From positions 119,885,109 through 119,949,108 of the forward strand of contig NC_068984.1 of the NCBI RefSeq assembly GCF_001194135.2: a stretch of 64,000 nt of DNA, in the 5' to 3' direction. How positions within the stretch are numbered: the first letter of the stretch is position 1; each line of letters begins with the position of its first letter. The stretch is from Octopus bimaculoides (Eukaryota). Made by a program: the position numbers and the translations under genes. This document shows, piece by piece, positions 12,159 through 23,682 of this stretch. The notes beneath the pieces are model-generated. The model did no database searches. It saw nothing but the letters and a program-made list of their open reading frames with translations, and was not told the DNA's origin.

Positions 12159-12370
12159 GGGCATACCTGAATAATAATAATCATAATAATAATAATATCA
12201 AAAAATACCTTAGGGATGAGAACCCAGGTTCGAAATTTCCTCAAGACACCTGATGAAGGCTGGAGGGTATATCAACCGAAATGGTGTGTTAACAACAAAC
12301 AAGATGAGGACAAGTATCTGTCAAATGTAAATAATGAACATAATTCCTCATCTCTTAAATATAGAACTGA
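12159..12370 (+). mobile_element. Second, inverted copy of the hammerhead-tailed SINE, lacking the tRNA body
   Basis: gggcata joined directly to cctgaataataat; the tail is the reverse complement of 11880-12035. Confidence 0.75.
12245..12290 (+). ncRNA. Minimal hammerhead ribozyme motif (degenerate stem III)
   Basis: gacac-CTGATGA-aggctg(gagggtatat)caacc-GAAA-tggt-gtgtt. Confidence 0.55.
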
Positions 12371-12430
12371 AGCAATTGGACAAGCTTCCACAGGAGTTTG
12401 CAAATGAAGGACACTGTTTGTATGATCGTG

Positions 12431-12728
12431 ACACTTGTTTACAATTATCTTGTGATATCAAGGCAAGATCATGCACCAACACACGCATACACACACTGAA
12501 CTCCTTTCAGTTTCCATCTATCAAATCCTTTTGCAATACTTTGGTCAGCCTTGGACTATAGTAGAAAAAAAAATTTACCTGAGATGCTTTGCAATGAGAC
12601 TGAACCTGAAACCGTATGGTTGTGAAGCAAGTTAAAATGATGGAATTCAGTAAAATCATTTTGAATGTTTCCTGACTACAAAAATAACAGGATACCAGTG
12701 ACAAGGATTGAGCTCAAGTACTTTGACA
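12431..12728. repeat. Copy 1 of a roughly 300-bp direct duplication (SINE half plus unique flank)
   Basis: Matches 13760-14050, including the non-SINE sequence gttaaaatgatggaattcag...gattgagctcaagta. Confidence 0.75.
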
Positions 12729-13057
12729 CAGTAGTTCAGTGCTTCAAAGCATACATCATATAAAGCTTATATATTGCGTGTAAGATTATAGTTTCCTTTT
12801 CTAAAACCTAAAAGTAAAAATAAAATGTTGAAAAGTGACGCAAATGAAGATTGTAATCTAAAAAGCTAACCTATTGATTTATCTCAATACTTTAACTCAA
12901 ATACAAAGATATATTTAAGTCAGACACCGAGCTGCTAATGTGTTCTGTTTTATAGCCATGATGCTGTTGTTCGTCAAAAATAGAACATAGGTAACATAAA
13001 GAGATTCATATCAAATTAGTGACAACATTTTGTCGATCGCATAATTTTGTAATTCAG

Positions 13058-13098
13058 GCTCAGTCTTACATGACATTTCTTGAAATAAAATATGTGAG
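13058..13098 (+). CDS. Candidate exon (phase 0-2); AQSYMTFLEIKYVx
   Basis: Acceptor ttttgtaattcAG, donor GTaagt; single open frame. Confidence 0.45.
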
Positions 13099-13410
13099 GT
13101 AAGTTAGCTGAAGTTGGAGTCTGGATTGAATGAAACAAGAGGAAAAAGCAAAAGAATTTGTTCTGTTGTATTGTATGACATTATCCAAGTTGTTCAAGGA
13201 TGTCAAATCATGATAGAATATGTTACATTATATATGCATTGTTCAAAAGGGAAATGAGCTTTATGGATTTTTTCCTGCTCATTTAACTATTATGTAAGCT
13301 ACTGCTAGTGCTTAGGGAGTTGAGTTTAGGGGGAAATATTAAAGGGTGTTCGAATTCATATTTGCTGGCAACAAGTTCAGAGATTTATGAATAAATTCTG
13401 ATTTGATCAG

Positions 13411-13450
13411 CTTGTTCTTTCATCTCCCTGGGATTGTTAAAAGGGCAAGA
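13411..13450 (+). CDS. Candidate exon (phase 2-0); LFFHLPGIVKRAR
   Basis: tttgatcAG...GTaact; bridges the phases of 13058-13098 and 13641-13715. Confidence 0.3.
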
Positions 13451-13640
13451 GTAACTTGTGTATGGGTTTTCCTATTGATGTGAATTTTATGTAAACCATA
13501 TCTCAAATCCTATTACATAATCTCTATAGTTAACAAACATCTTCTCCAAAAACAAATTAATATGGAAACATTTCCACAATATTAAATGAAAAATATTTTT
13601 ATGTCCCTTTTTTCTATTTGAATTAGTTTGATGGATCTAG

Positions 13641-13715
13641 CTTCTCCAAAGATCATTCTGTGATGCACCTGGAGACCTCATCAATGATTTTTTTCCTGGG
13701 GAAGGGGACCATTGG
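13641..13715 (+). CDS. Candidate exon (phase 0-0); LLQRSFCDAPGDLINDFFPGEGDHW
   Basis: gatctAG...GTattt; GC-richer 75-nt stop-free segment. Confidence 0.35.
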
Positions 13716-13759
13716 GTATTTTTAGTCTTTCAACAATCAAACACCTTCGCCCAGGCGGC

Positions 13760-14050
13760 ACTTGTTTACAATTATCATGTGATGTCAAGGCAAGATCATT
13801 CACCAACACACATATACACACACAATGAGCTTCTTTCAGTTTCCATTTTCATAATGTTTAAGTTAGCCTTGGGCTATATATAGTAGAAAAAACATTTGCC
13901 CCAGGTGCTTTGCAATGAGACTGAACTTGAAACCATGTGGTTGTGAAGCAAGTTAAAATGATGGAATTCAGAAAAATCATTTTGAATATTTCCTGACTAC
14001 GAAAATAACACAATGCCAGTTACAGGGATTGAGCTCAAGTATTGTGACAA
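13760..14050. repeat. Copy 2 of the roughly 300-bp direct duplication
   Basis: See 12431-12728. Confidence 0.75.
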
Positions 14051-14124
14051 GGATTGCATTCAAGTACTGTGATCAAACTCTAGCTTGTGCCCATTTAACA
14101 CTGGCCCTAGTAGTGCTGCCCCTC

Positions 14125-14390
14125 CCAAGGCTCACACTGTCTGATCCACAGCCACCTTGAAGCAATCTCATCTGCCTCCTTAGTCAAATTAACAACCTTT
14201 TTCCTTACTAGTCTCTGTGATACTCAGCATGTTGTAGGATCTGCAGAGGAACTGATCTCAAACCTTTGGCATGCCATCTCAATGGGATTGCACCTCATCT
14301 ACCACCCATTACCATAGATTCACCAGCTCAGTATATTTCCTTCTCTTTCTTGAATTCACCTCCTCAATATACTTCTTCCTGAAAATAGAA
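14125..14390 (-). mobile_element. Degenerate HERO-like (RLE-encoding) non-LTR retroelement C-terminus
   Basis: Minus frames give KYIEEVNSRKRRKYTELV, CNPIEMAC and ADEIASRWLWIRQ, matching the EEA.ERK..KY..L, VEVGCRG and ASRWLW..R motifs. Confidence 0.55.
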
Positions 14391-14859
14391 ATTCTATCAT
14401 TAATAGCTTTTAGACTGTATGTTTCACACTTGGATAATTATGCTAATGCCTTTCACTGTTTTAAGCCACATTTAATGATTGGTGCAAGTAGAATAATCTG
14501 CCTTCTATAATGATAAACATGAAAATTTATCTGTCTGTCCCTCCATCTGGGATTCCTGTAATACAGTCTATATTTGCTCTTCATCTGCCCTTCATTTGGT
14601 TCTCAAACATCCAGCATTGGGATCAGGTCTGGATGAAGATTTGTTATATGCTGACAGTTGAAAATTCAAATTTTGAAAGAACTCAAATAAATTTGTAAAG
14701 TTACAAGTTTTTTTTATTTAAACTGAGTTTAAAGTAAAACCATATTGTTAGGGTACCAATAAATACTTTATTATTATTGCTTTCATTAGTTTTGGGCCAC
14801 AGGCCCAATTAACCCTTTCAGGAGCTAACCTAAAAGTTTGCACAGAGTGTGGCTTTTAA

Positions 14860-15075
14860 GCTATCATCATCATCATCATCACCGTCATCGTCGTTTAACG
14901 TCCACTTTCCATGCTAGCATGGGTTGAATGATTTGACTGAGGACTGGCAAACCAGATAGCTACACGAGGCTCCAGTCTGATTTGGCAGAGTTTCTACTGC
15001 TGGATGCCCTTCCTAATGCCAACCACTCTGAGAGTGTAGTGGGTGCTTTTACGTGCCACCAGCATGAAGGCCAAA
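14860..15075 (-). mobile_element. RTE-clade LINE 3' UTR fragment
   Basis: (CAT)n followed by gtttaacgtccactttccatgctagcatgggtt...ctggatgcccttcctaatgccaaccac. Confidence 0.7.
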
Positions 15076-15514
15076 GCTAGTACTCTAATAATTTTATCTA
15101 CAATAAGCACAAGGTTTGAAATTTTTTGAAGAGCAGGTTTAGTCAATTACATTGACCCCAGTGCTTAACTGATACTTATGTCATTGACCTCAAAAGGATG
15201 AAAGGCAAAATTGACCTCAGTAGAATTTGAACTCAGGTGGATGAAAAACTACTATGTATACTGTCTGGAATGATTCTCTCTGCAACATGTAATGAAGTAT
15301 TTTGCTCAAGAATACAATGCACTGCCCCTGCCTTACACTAATAATAAAGTGGAATTCCAATCAATAAAGTCTGTGCCAGTTAATTGGTTACTCTTTTGGC
15401 AAGTCTTTAGTTTAGGTCTGTCCTAAACTGTCAATAAAACATGGCAATTCTCTTCTCAGCATATTATCCAGAGTAAAAAATGTCAATCAGTAACTAAGAT
15501 TAAAATTTATTGTT

Positions 15515-16140
15515 GAAGGTGCATGGCTTAGTGGTTAGAGCATTCGGCTCATGATCGTAAGGTCATGAGTTCAATTCCTGGCGACGCATTGTGTCCTTGA
15601 GCAAGATACTTTATTTCATGTTGCTCCAGTCCACTCAACTGGCAAAAATGAGTAGTACCTATATTTCAAAGGGCCAGTCTTGTCACATTCTGTGTCACGC
15701 TGAATCTCCCTCGGAACTACGTTAAGGGTACACATATCTGTGGAGTGCTCAGCTACTTGCATGTTAATTTCACAAGCAAGCAGTGTCGTTAATTGGGATC
15801 CTTGTTGTCGTAACTGAGGCAGTGCTCCTATTGTTGATATATTTGGCTTCTTTGTGAGAGTGCATGGCTGAATGGTTAGAGTATTTGGCTCATGATCATA
15901 AGGTCATGAGTTCAATTCCCAGCAGTGTGTTGTCTCTTTGAACAAGACACTTTATTTCACAGTCCACTCAGCTGGTAAAACTGAGTTGTACCTATATTTC
16001 AAAGGATCAGCCTTGTCATATTCTGTGTCATGCTGAGTCTCCCTGAGAACTATGTTAAGGGTACATGTGTCAATTGAGTGCTCTGCCACTGCATGTTAAT
16101 GTTACAGGCAAGCTGTTCTGTTGATCAGATCAATTGCAGT
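15515..16140 (+). mobile_element. Tandem pair of family-B' tRNA-derived SINEs (about 15515-15830 and 15858-16140)
   Basis: Each copy has tggcttagtggttagag, gagttcaattcc, gtgtccttgagcaagatacttt and the shared family-B 3' region. Confidence 0.75.
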
Positions 16141-16299
16141 GCTTGATAGAGTACCAATGTGTATTTGGCTCCTTTCTTGCACCAGTATGGATTCTTAGAA
16201 TCTTAAAGTTTTGGCTTGTTGAATAGTCCCAATAGTAATTTGATTAGGAATGTTATTGAAAAGATCCTGGTACACACTATTGATACATATGATTCATAT

Positions 16300-16690
16300 G
16301 GTGCTCACTTGGGCTGTGTGGGAAGAAGTTAACTTCTCAACCACATGGTTCTGGGTTCAGTTTCACTGCATAGCACTTTGGTCAAGGTCTTCTACCATCC
16401 CGTGGGCCAACCAAAGCTCTGTAAGTGGATTTGGTAGACAGATACTGAAAGAAGTACACCACATATATGTGTGTGTGCCTTTGTGTTTGTGTTTATCTCT
16501 TGTCACTGCTTGATAACCAGTGTTAGTTTGCTTATGATCCCATAACCTAGCAGTTTGGTAAAAAGAGACTGACAAAATAGTACCAGGCTTAAAATAAAAT
16601 GAGTATTGGGGTCAGTTCATTTGACTAAATAAATCCCTTCAAGATGGTGTCCCAGCATGGTTGTAGGCCAATGACTGAAACAAATAAAAG
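16300..16690 (+). mobile_element. Family-A SINE, diverged
   Basis: ccacatggttctgggttcagt head and ccagcatgg...gactgaaacaaataaaag tail. Confidence 0.65.
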
Positions 16691-16980
16691 GTAATAGGCA
16701 AAAAAGTAAAAGATGTGTGTGTGTGTGTGTGTGTGAGTGTGTGTGTGTGTGAGTGTTTGTGTGTCCTTGTCTTAACATTGAGCTGTAGTTGTAAACAAGT
16801 GTCACTATCATGTGTGGTGCTGTTCATTTCCAGTCTTCTGCAAAAACATATAAACCCATGGAAATATGTTACCGTGCTTGGAAACATGTAAGGGTTGGTA
16901 ACAGAAAGGACATCTGACTGTAGAAAATCTTCCTCAATCAATTCCATCTGATCCATGCAAGCATGGAAAAGTGGACGTAT

Positions 16981-17078
16981 GGCAATACATATTCTAAAAT
17001 TGGAACAATACAGAGAAGATTAGCATTAGCCTCTAAGCAAGGATGACATGAAAATTCAAGAAGCGTTCCATATTTTTT
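16981..17078 (+). pseudogene. RNU6: U6 snRNA retropseudogene (about nt 12-106 of U6)
   Basis: ggcaatacatattctaaaattggaacaatacagagaagattagcatt...gcaaggatgacatgaaaattcaagaagcgttccatatttttt. The ACAGAGA box and 3' U-tail match U6; the internal stem-loop is mutated. Confidence 0.9.
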
Positions 17079-17229
17079 CATCCACGGTGGTGCTCCAGCA
17101 TGATTTCAGCTGCATGGCTGAAACAAATAAAAGAATTAAAACAATGATGATGAAGATGATGATTGATGACGGTGATGATGACGACGACGATGTTGATGAT
17201 AATATGCTTTAGTACTACATGTACATATG

Positions 17230-17600
17230 ATCAGTGTCTTCTTATCTTATTCTTTTCATTTGTTTCATTAGAATCGACCCCAGTTCTTATTCCTTTTTTT
17301 TTAACCTGGCATTTATTCTGTTGGGCACTTTTGCTGAAGACCTAAGTTATGGAGATGTAGATACACCAACTCTGGTTGTCAAGCAGTGTTGGGGAACAAA
17401 CACAGAAATAAAGATATGCACACACACACTTGCACATGCGAAGAGCTTCTTTCTGTTTCCTTCTGCCAGATCCACTCACAGTGTTTTAGTCAACCTGAAG
17501 GTAGAGCAGAAGACACTTGCCCAAGGTGCTACACAGTGTGGCTAAAACCAGAACTATGTGGTTGGGAAGCAAACTTCTTACCACACAGTCATTCCTGCAC
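17230..17600 (-). mobile_element. Family-A SINE, diverged
   Basis: Reverse-complement head gaagacacttgcccaaggtgc...ttaccacacag. Confidence 0.65.
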
Positions 17601-18081
17601 CTATAAGTACTTAAGAAAATGGTATGAACAAATACTTATTGAAGACAGGTATTATGCATATTGACTTTTATAGTCTTTAATTCAGAAAGAGCATGATTCA
17701 ATTCCAGATATTCATGGACTCAACACACAATACTATTTCAACATAGACCAACTATTTCTTAATGCCCTTAAGGAATAAGAACTTTAAGTCAACATTAATC
17801 ACAAAGACAAACAAGATTATATGTTTCTGTTCGTATTCAAGAATGAAACCAGGAATCTTTCTCTCCTTGTTGATTAATTTCTGATACTATCAAGAGACCA
17901 AAAATTTGAACTTTGTCAGTTCATCTTTGTCTGTTGATGTTTTTGCTTCCAATAATAAATCCATTAATCCCTTAAACTGTGTGTGTGTGTGTGTGTGTGT
18001 GTTTGGTGTAATGTGGTGGAAGGTGGAATGAAATGGCAGAAACTGCAAAATGTTTCTGGAAGTGACACTTATTCTAATTCA

Positions 18082-18905
18082 TTTAACCCTTTTCTTCTTA
18101 CCATGTTTCTGATGAAACACATAACCTTTGTTTCAATTAATAAAGAAGAATTCAGTGAAATCACTTTGTTATTATTAAGCTGGTGTTTGGAACACAAATT
18201 AACATGAAATTTTTGATGGAAGGTTTAAATTTAGATCATTTTAACCCTTTTGTTATCATATTTCTGTTGAAGCACATTGCATTTTTTTCAGTTCATCATC
18301 ATTGTTTAACGTTTGCTTTCCATGCTAGCATGGGTTGGACGATTTGACTGGGGACAGGCGAACCAGATGGATATACCAGACTCCAATCTGATCTGGCAGA
18401 GTTCTACAGCTGGATGCCCTTCCTAATGCCAACCACTCCGAGAGTGTAGTGGATGCTTTTTATGTGCCACCAGCACGAGAGACAGTCCGGCGGTACTGGC
18501 AACGGCCACGCTCAAATGATGTTTTTTACGTGGCACCTGCACAAGAGTCAGTCCAATGTTTTGTTCACATGCAACCGGCACAAATGCCAGTAAGGCAAAG
18601 CTGGAAACGACCACGCTCAAATGATGCTTTTTACATGCCACCGGCACAGGAGTGATCCGCTTGGATGGTGATGTTAGCACTCCAATGGCACGGGTACCAG
18701 TCATCAAATTTGGTTCAGAATTAATTCTGGAAAATAATGAAAAATTTAGTAAAATAACTTGATCATTATTAAGATAGTGCTTGGAACACAAAATTAACAT
18801 GAAATTTTGATGGAAGGTTTTTAATTGAGTTCATTTTAAAACAGGAAGTTTGTATAAAAAAAAACCCAAATGTCATCTCAGGCAGGGTGATGTGAAAAGG
18901 GCCAA
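18082..18905. mobile_element. piggyBac-type MITE(s) (ttaaccctttt ends) with a nested RTE 3' fragment at about 18295-18720 (-)
   Basis: ttaaccctttt at about 18083 and 18240; the internal segment ttggaacacaaattaacatgaaatt is repeated on both sides of the RTE insert. Confidence 0.5.
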
Positions 18906-18994
18906 AGGTCAAAAAGGTGTTAACTCTTTAGAATGCAGATCATTCTGGCAAATGTAATGTTTATTAATTCCCAATGTTTTGAATTAATCATGTA

Positions 18995-19247
18995 CAAGGT
19001 GGGGCAAATGATCTGACACATTTTTAGGTTTAATAAAAGTGAAATAAAGAAAAGAATGAAAAAAGTCTTTATTTTCCAAACGTACATATAATGCCATTTT
19101 GTTTCACTTCGTTTTAAAAATTACATCAGTCAAATGTTTGCTGTTATTGTCCTCACACTGTTGAAGATGTTCATGAAAGTTGTCCATAACTCAGCAGGTC
19201 ATTTCATGTGGAATGGCAACAATTTCTTAACGAATGGCATCTTTTAA
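18995..19247 (-). mobile_element. Tc1/mariner-superfamily transposon 3' remnant
   Basis: Minus strand gives LKDAIR*EIVAIPHEMTC*VMDNFHEHLQQCEDNNSKHLTDVIFKTK*; terminal TA-caaggtggggcaaa TIR-like end. Confidence 0.7.
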
Positions 19248-19541
19248 CATTTAAACCAGCCATATCAGGCTCATATATTCTACCTATTTTATGTTCAAAC
19301 TGGTCAGATCCAGCTACTCTCACCTATCCTACAATGTCATTCTAAAAATTAACAATCACATCATAAAAATCTTGAAGCCATTAGATAATACTTGGTTAAT
19401 TGAAAGCAATGTGAATAAATAAGGATAAAGTTGATTATTATTGATATTCATTATCTACAGGCTAAAAAAGTATGACTTATACACTTGGAGTGAACTGAGT
19501 CACATTAGGAGCTTTAACTAAAGCTTTAAACTTGCAGACAA

Positions 19542-19702
19542 GGCGCAGGAGTGGCTGTGTGGTAAGTAGCTTGCTTACCAACCACATGGTTCCGGGTTCA
19601 GTCCCACTGCATGGCACCTTCGGCAAGTGTCTTCTACTATAGCCTCGGGCCGACCAAAGACTAGTGAGTGGATTTGGTAGACGGAAACTGAAAGAAGCCT
19701 GT

Positions 19703-19783
<81 letters not shown>

Positions 19784-19985
19784 CTGTGTTTGTCCCCCCA
19801 CCATCGCTTGACAACAGATGCTGGTGTGTTTACGTCCGCGTAACTTAGCGGTTCGGCAAAAAGAGACCGACAGAATAAGTAATAGGCTTACAAAGAATAA
19901 GTCCTGGGGTCGATTTGCTTGACTAAAGGCGGTGCTCCAGCATGGCCACAGTCAAATGACTGAAACAAGTAAAAGAGTAAAAGAA
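19542..19985 (+). mobile_element. Young family-A tRNA-derived SINE with an internal (TA)n(TG)n microsatellite
   Basis: ggcgcaggagtggctgtgtggtaag...gggttcagtccc head; CpG-rich 3' half ending gactgaaacaagtaaaagagtaaaag. Confidence 0.85.
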
Positions 19986-20529
19986 TTAGGGAACTGATTG
20001 TCTCTTCAGTGTAGCATGTTGATTAACAACAGGGACATATAGACAGAGGTTATAAAAAAAAGGCAGGAGATGCTGATGCTGATGATGACGACAATGGTAT
20101 TGTGCAGAAATTAAAATAATCTTAGAATGATGGATTCCTTTATGAGGATATGTTTACCGTGGCCACCACCATCATTGTCACCACCATCACTCACCACCAC
20201 CAAAACCATCATCACTAGTGCCTTAATTAGGGAAATTAGATTTGCTTGTTTCTATTTATGGTAGATCAATAAGTTTCGATTCAAATATATCTTTATTTGA
20301 TATATGATGATAAAGTTTCTTTGGGAGACTGATACTTTATACATACATATATGTATATATATGTATACAAATACATACATACATACATATATATGTATAT
20401 ATGTATTTGTGTATGTGATGTAGAGGAAGAGATGGGGTAGGGTGAGATGGATTGTTTTAATTTCTATTTTTAAGTGCATACGTTGTTCTTGAATATATCT
20501 GTCTTCCTTTATATTCATTTTACTGTTAG

Positions 20530-20597
20530 GAACATTCCATAGAAGTCATATTGTCTAAGGAAGACTCTACAGAGAGGGTCGACTTAATTCTTTGTGT
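20530..20597 (+). CDS. Candidate exon (phase 0-2); EHSIEVILSKEDSTERVDLILCx
   Basis: Long pyrimidine tract before ctgttAG; single open frame; donor GTgggt chosen for phase fit. Confidence 0.25.
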
Positions 20598-21621
20598 GTG
20601 GGTGTTTCTTTGCATGCATGTACACATACATCGCCATTGTTGTCATCCTCATCATCATTGATTTTCATTTGCTTTTTCCCTACCAGCATGAACTGGATAA
20701 ACGTGTTGAGGCAGTATTCTACAGCTGGACCCCCATTCTTCTATTAATTCTTTCTTGTTTCCTAGTAAGGTATATTCTGGTTTTTTTTTAGCAAAAATCC
20801 ACACCTAAGCATTGGCATTATTTTACATGAAAGACTAGGGACATATATGCATGCACACATATACCTACCTACCTACCTACCTACCTGTCTTTATCTGTCT
20901 GTTTGTTTGTCTGTCTGTCTGTCCATCCATCTGTCAGTCTGTTTATCTATCGATCTGCCTTTCTGCCTGTTTGTCTATTTATCTGTCTGTTCATTTGTCC
21001 GTCCATCTATCTATCTATCTATCCAATCATCCATCCATCCATCCACTCATACATGATTATGATGGCCTCATCTTATCAGATGGTATCCGTCTCACATTCA
21101 GCCTGATTGTTCTGATTTACTTTCATCCCTGAATGTGCGTGGATATGACTCTTCATGCCACACATCCATTGCCATAGGACTTGATAAAATACAAAACAGG
21201 TCAAGAAATGAAATGATGAAATGATAGTGAGACATCTGTATGCTATTGGATTTAAGTGATGGAAGCTTGTACAGCGCTTTTGCCACTCTCACTGTCACCA
21301 TAGTAGGTTCCAGTGACAAGCATTGCAAGATGACCGATACCGTTGTGACTGCAAGTTTTATGTCAGAGTATCTTTCTCCTGGAAGAGCTGTCTTCTTCAT
21401 GACTTTGTTGAAAATAACAGGAGATTCTTCTACCCTCGGGAAATCAATTTAATCTATAGATGGAACTTTGACAGGTACTTTGATAGAACAGACCTGGTAG
21501 TAATGGTGATTAAGAGGTGACCCTATACCCTCAACAAACCCAGAACCCTTGAACTGAAGCCTCACCACTGAATGAAGTTTCATATCATACTCAGGACACA
21601 CATACACGTGCACACGCACAC

Positions 21622-21668
<47 letters not shown>

Positions 21669-22299
21669 GATCTCCTGTACAGTTCTCATCCACTTTTTTC
21701 ACCCAGAAGCCATCAGTTAGTCTGATGCTTATGGGACCATGTAACAGAAGCAAACCCAAAACCATGCAGTTGCAATGTTGACTTCTTATCCACAAAGCCA
21801 TACTTGCACTTGTGTATCTTTTGATATAGTGGCACACTCAGTACGTAACAGATGGAGGGAAAGAGAACTGCACCAGTACTTAGCTGGTGGGGGGAGGGGC
21901 AAACACAGACACAAAGGTGCACGTGCATGCACACAATTTTGTTCCTTTTTCCATTTACCATTTTATATAATGCTGTTCAGTATAACAAATACAGATTACT
22001 TCATATACCTGTCCTCCACAGAAGAAGTGTTAAGGTTGCATCCTCTGGTGAAGAAGATTGGCCTGCAAGAATCCTGTGCTAGTGCCATGTAAAAGCGCTC
22101 GTGTTGGTGGCATATTAAAAACACCCAGCACTCACTGCAAAGGGGTTGCTTTTAGGAAAAGCCTCCAGCTGTAGAAAGCAAGCCAAATAAGACTGGGACC
22201 TGGTGCAGCCTCCCAGCTTGCCAGCTCTGGTCAAACTGTTCAACCCATGCCAGCATGGAAAACAGACATTAAAAGATGATGACATTAAAGGATATATAT

Positions 22300-22570
22300 A
22301 TATCATCATCATCATCATCGTTTAATGTCCGCTTTCCATGCTAGCATGGGTTGGACGATTTGACTGAGGACTGGTGAACCAGATGGCTACACCATGCTCC
22401 CATCTGATTTGGCTGAGTTTCTACAGCTAGATGCCCTTCCTAATGCCAACCACTCCGAGAGTGTAGTGGGTGCTTTTACGTGCCACCGGCACGAAGGCCA
22501 GTCAGGCGGTACTGGCAACGGCCACGCTCAAAATGTTGTATTTTACGTGCCACCTGCACAGAAGCCAGTC
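22300..22570 (-). mobile_element. RTE-clade LINE 3' UTR fragment (young)
   Basis: (CAT)n followed by gtttaatgtccgctttccatgctagc; near-identical to 18295-18720 and 14860-15075. Confidence 0.7.
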
Positions 22571-23321
22571 CNNNNNNNNNNGTCTTTGCAAATATATATG
22601 ATGGTCTTCTTTCAGTTTCCATCTACCAAATCCATTCACAAGGCTTTGGAAGTCACTTGCCCAAGGTGTCATGCAGTGGGACTGAACCTGGAACCATGTG
22701 GTTGAGAAGCACATCCACACCTGCGCCTATATATGTATCATACTCGCTGAATCTTCATGTTTGTTTATAGCTGTTTACTTTCACACCTTACCAATCTTAC
22801 TCATTGTGCTTTCATAAGTGGTTTAATGCTGTTCCTTTCATATCCACCCAAAGTCAGCAATATTAAAAGTTATTAAAATGTCAATGAATAATAAAATTTT
22901 GGAATACACAATGTGGTTATATCGAAAGAAAAAAGGGGAAGTGAGCTGGATTATGTAAACTTTTCTCTACACCTGTATTTACTCACAACAGATACTTTCC
23001 AATTGAAACCAAACAAAAGTGAGATTATGATTTTCAAAACCTGAAAGATGCATAGAACCATCTCACATTTCAGTTTTGTTTATCTACGTGTGTTGAATGT
23101 GTGAAATTTGTATTTTATAGTGTGTTTTTAATATATTTTTTATTATTGTGTTTTTTAGAGGAGATAACTTTGTATTTTTCAACTGTAATTTGGTATGTGT
23201 GTGTGAATGTATGCATTTATATGTGTGCATGTGTGTGTGTATGCATGTATGTATATATACATATATGTGTGTGTATATGTATATGTGTGAGTATATGTGC
23301 TTATGTGTGGGCGTATATATT

Positions 23322-23352
<31 letters not shown>

Positions 23353-23682
23353 TTGTATATGCATGTATGTATACATGTGTGTATGTGGGTGTGTGCATAT
23401 ATATGTGTGTATATGTATGTATAAATGTATCCATATATATGCAAACATGTATGTATATACTATATATGTTTGTGTGAGGTTGATATATACAAATCCATAA
23501 CAAATAAAACAGCATCCCCAAGATTGGCCCGTCTTTTCAGATCCAAAAAGTACTTAGAAAAGTGCCTCCAAATAATTATTATATGTCTACAAAACTCTGA
23601 TGAGACCTGCAATGGAGTATTCTCGCCACATCTGGGACTGTGCTACTGCTGTACACACAAACATCTTAGCGAAGGTTGGTGA

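Noticed and set aside
12956-12990. AG/GT-bounded segment just upstream of exon 13058
   Set aside because: It has stops in all three frames and would leave only a 67-nt intron.
16981-17078. Functional U6 gene
   Set aside because: The 5' end is missing or degenerate, the internal stem-loop is mutated, and it is embedded in retroelement sequence with no upstream promoter context.
21098-21520. Overlapping 65-100-aa ORFs on both strands
   Set aside because: No recognisable motif or convincing splice sites; possibly an old TE remnant, but it cannot be assigned.
23084-23521. ORFs rich in HT/YI/CV/LS dipeptides, here and throughout the window
   Set aside because: They are translations of microsatellites and SINE bodies, not proteins.
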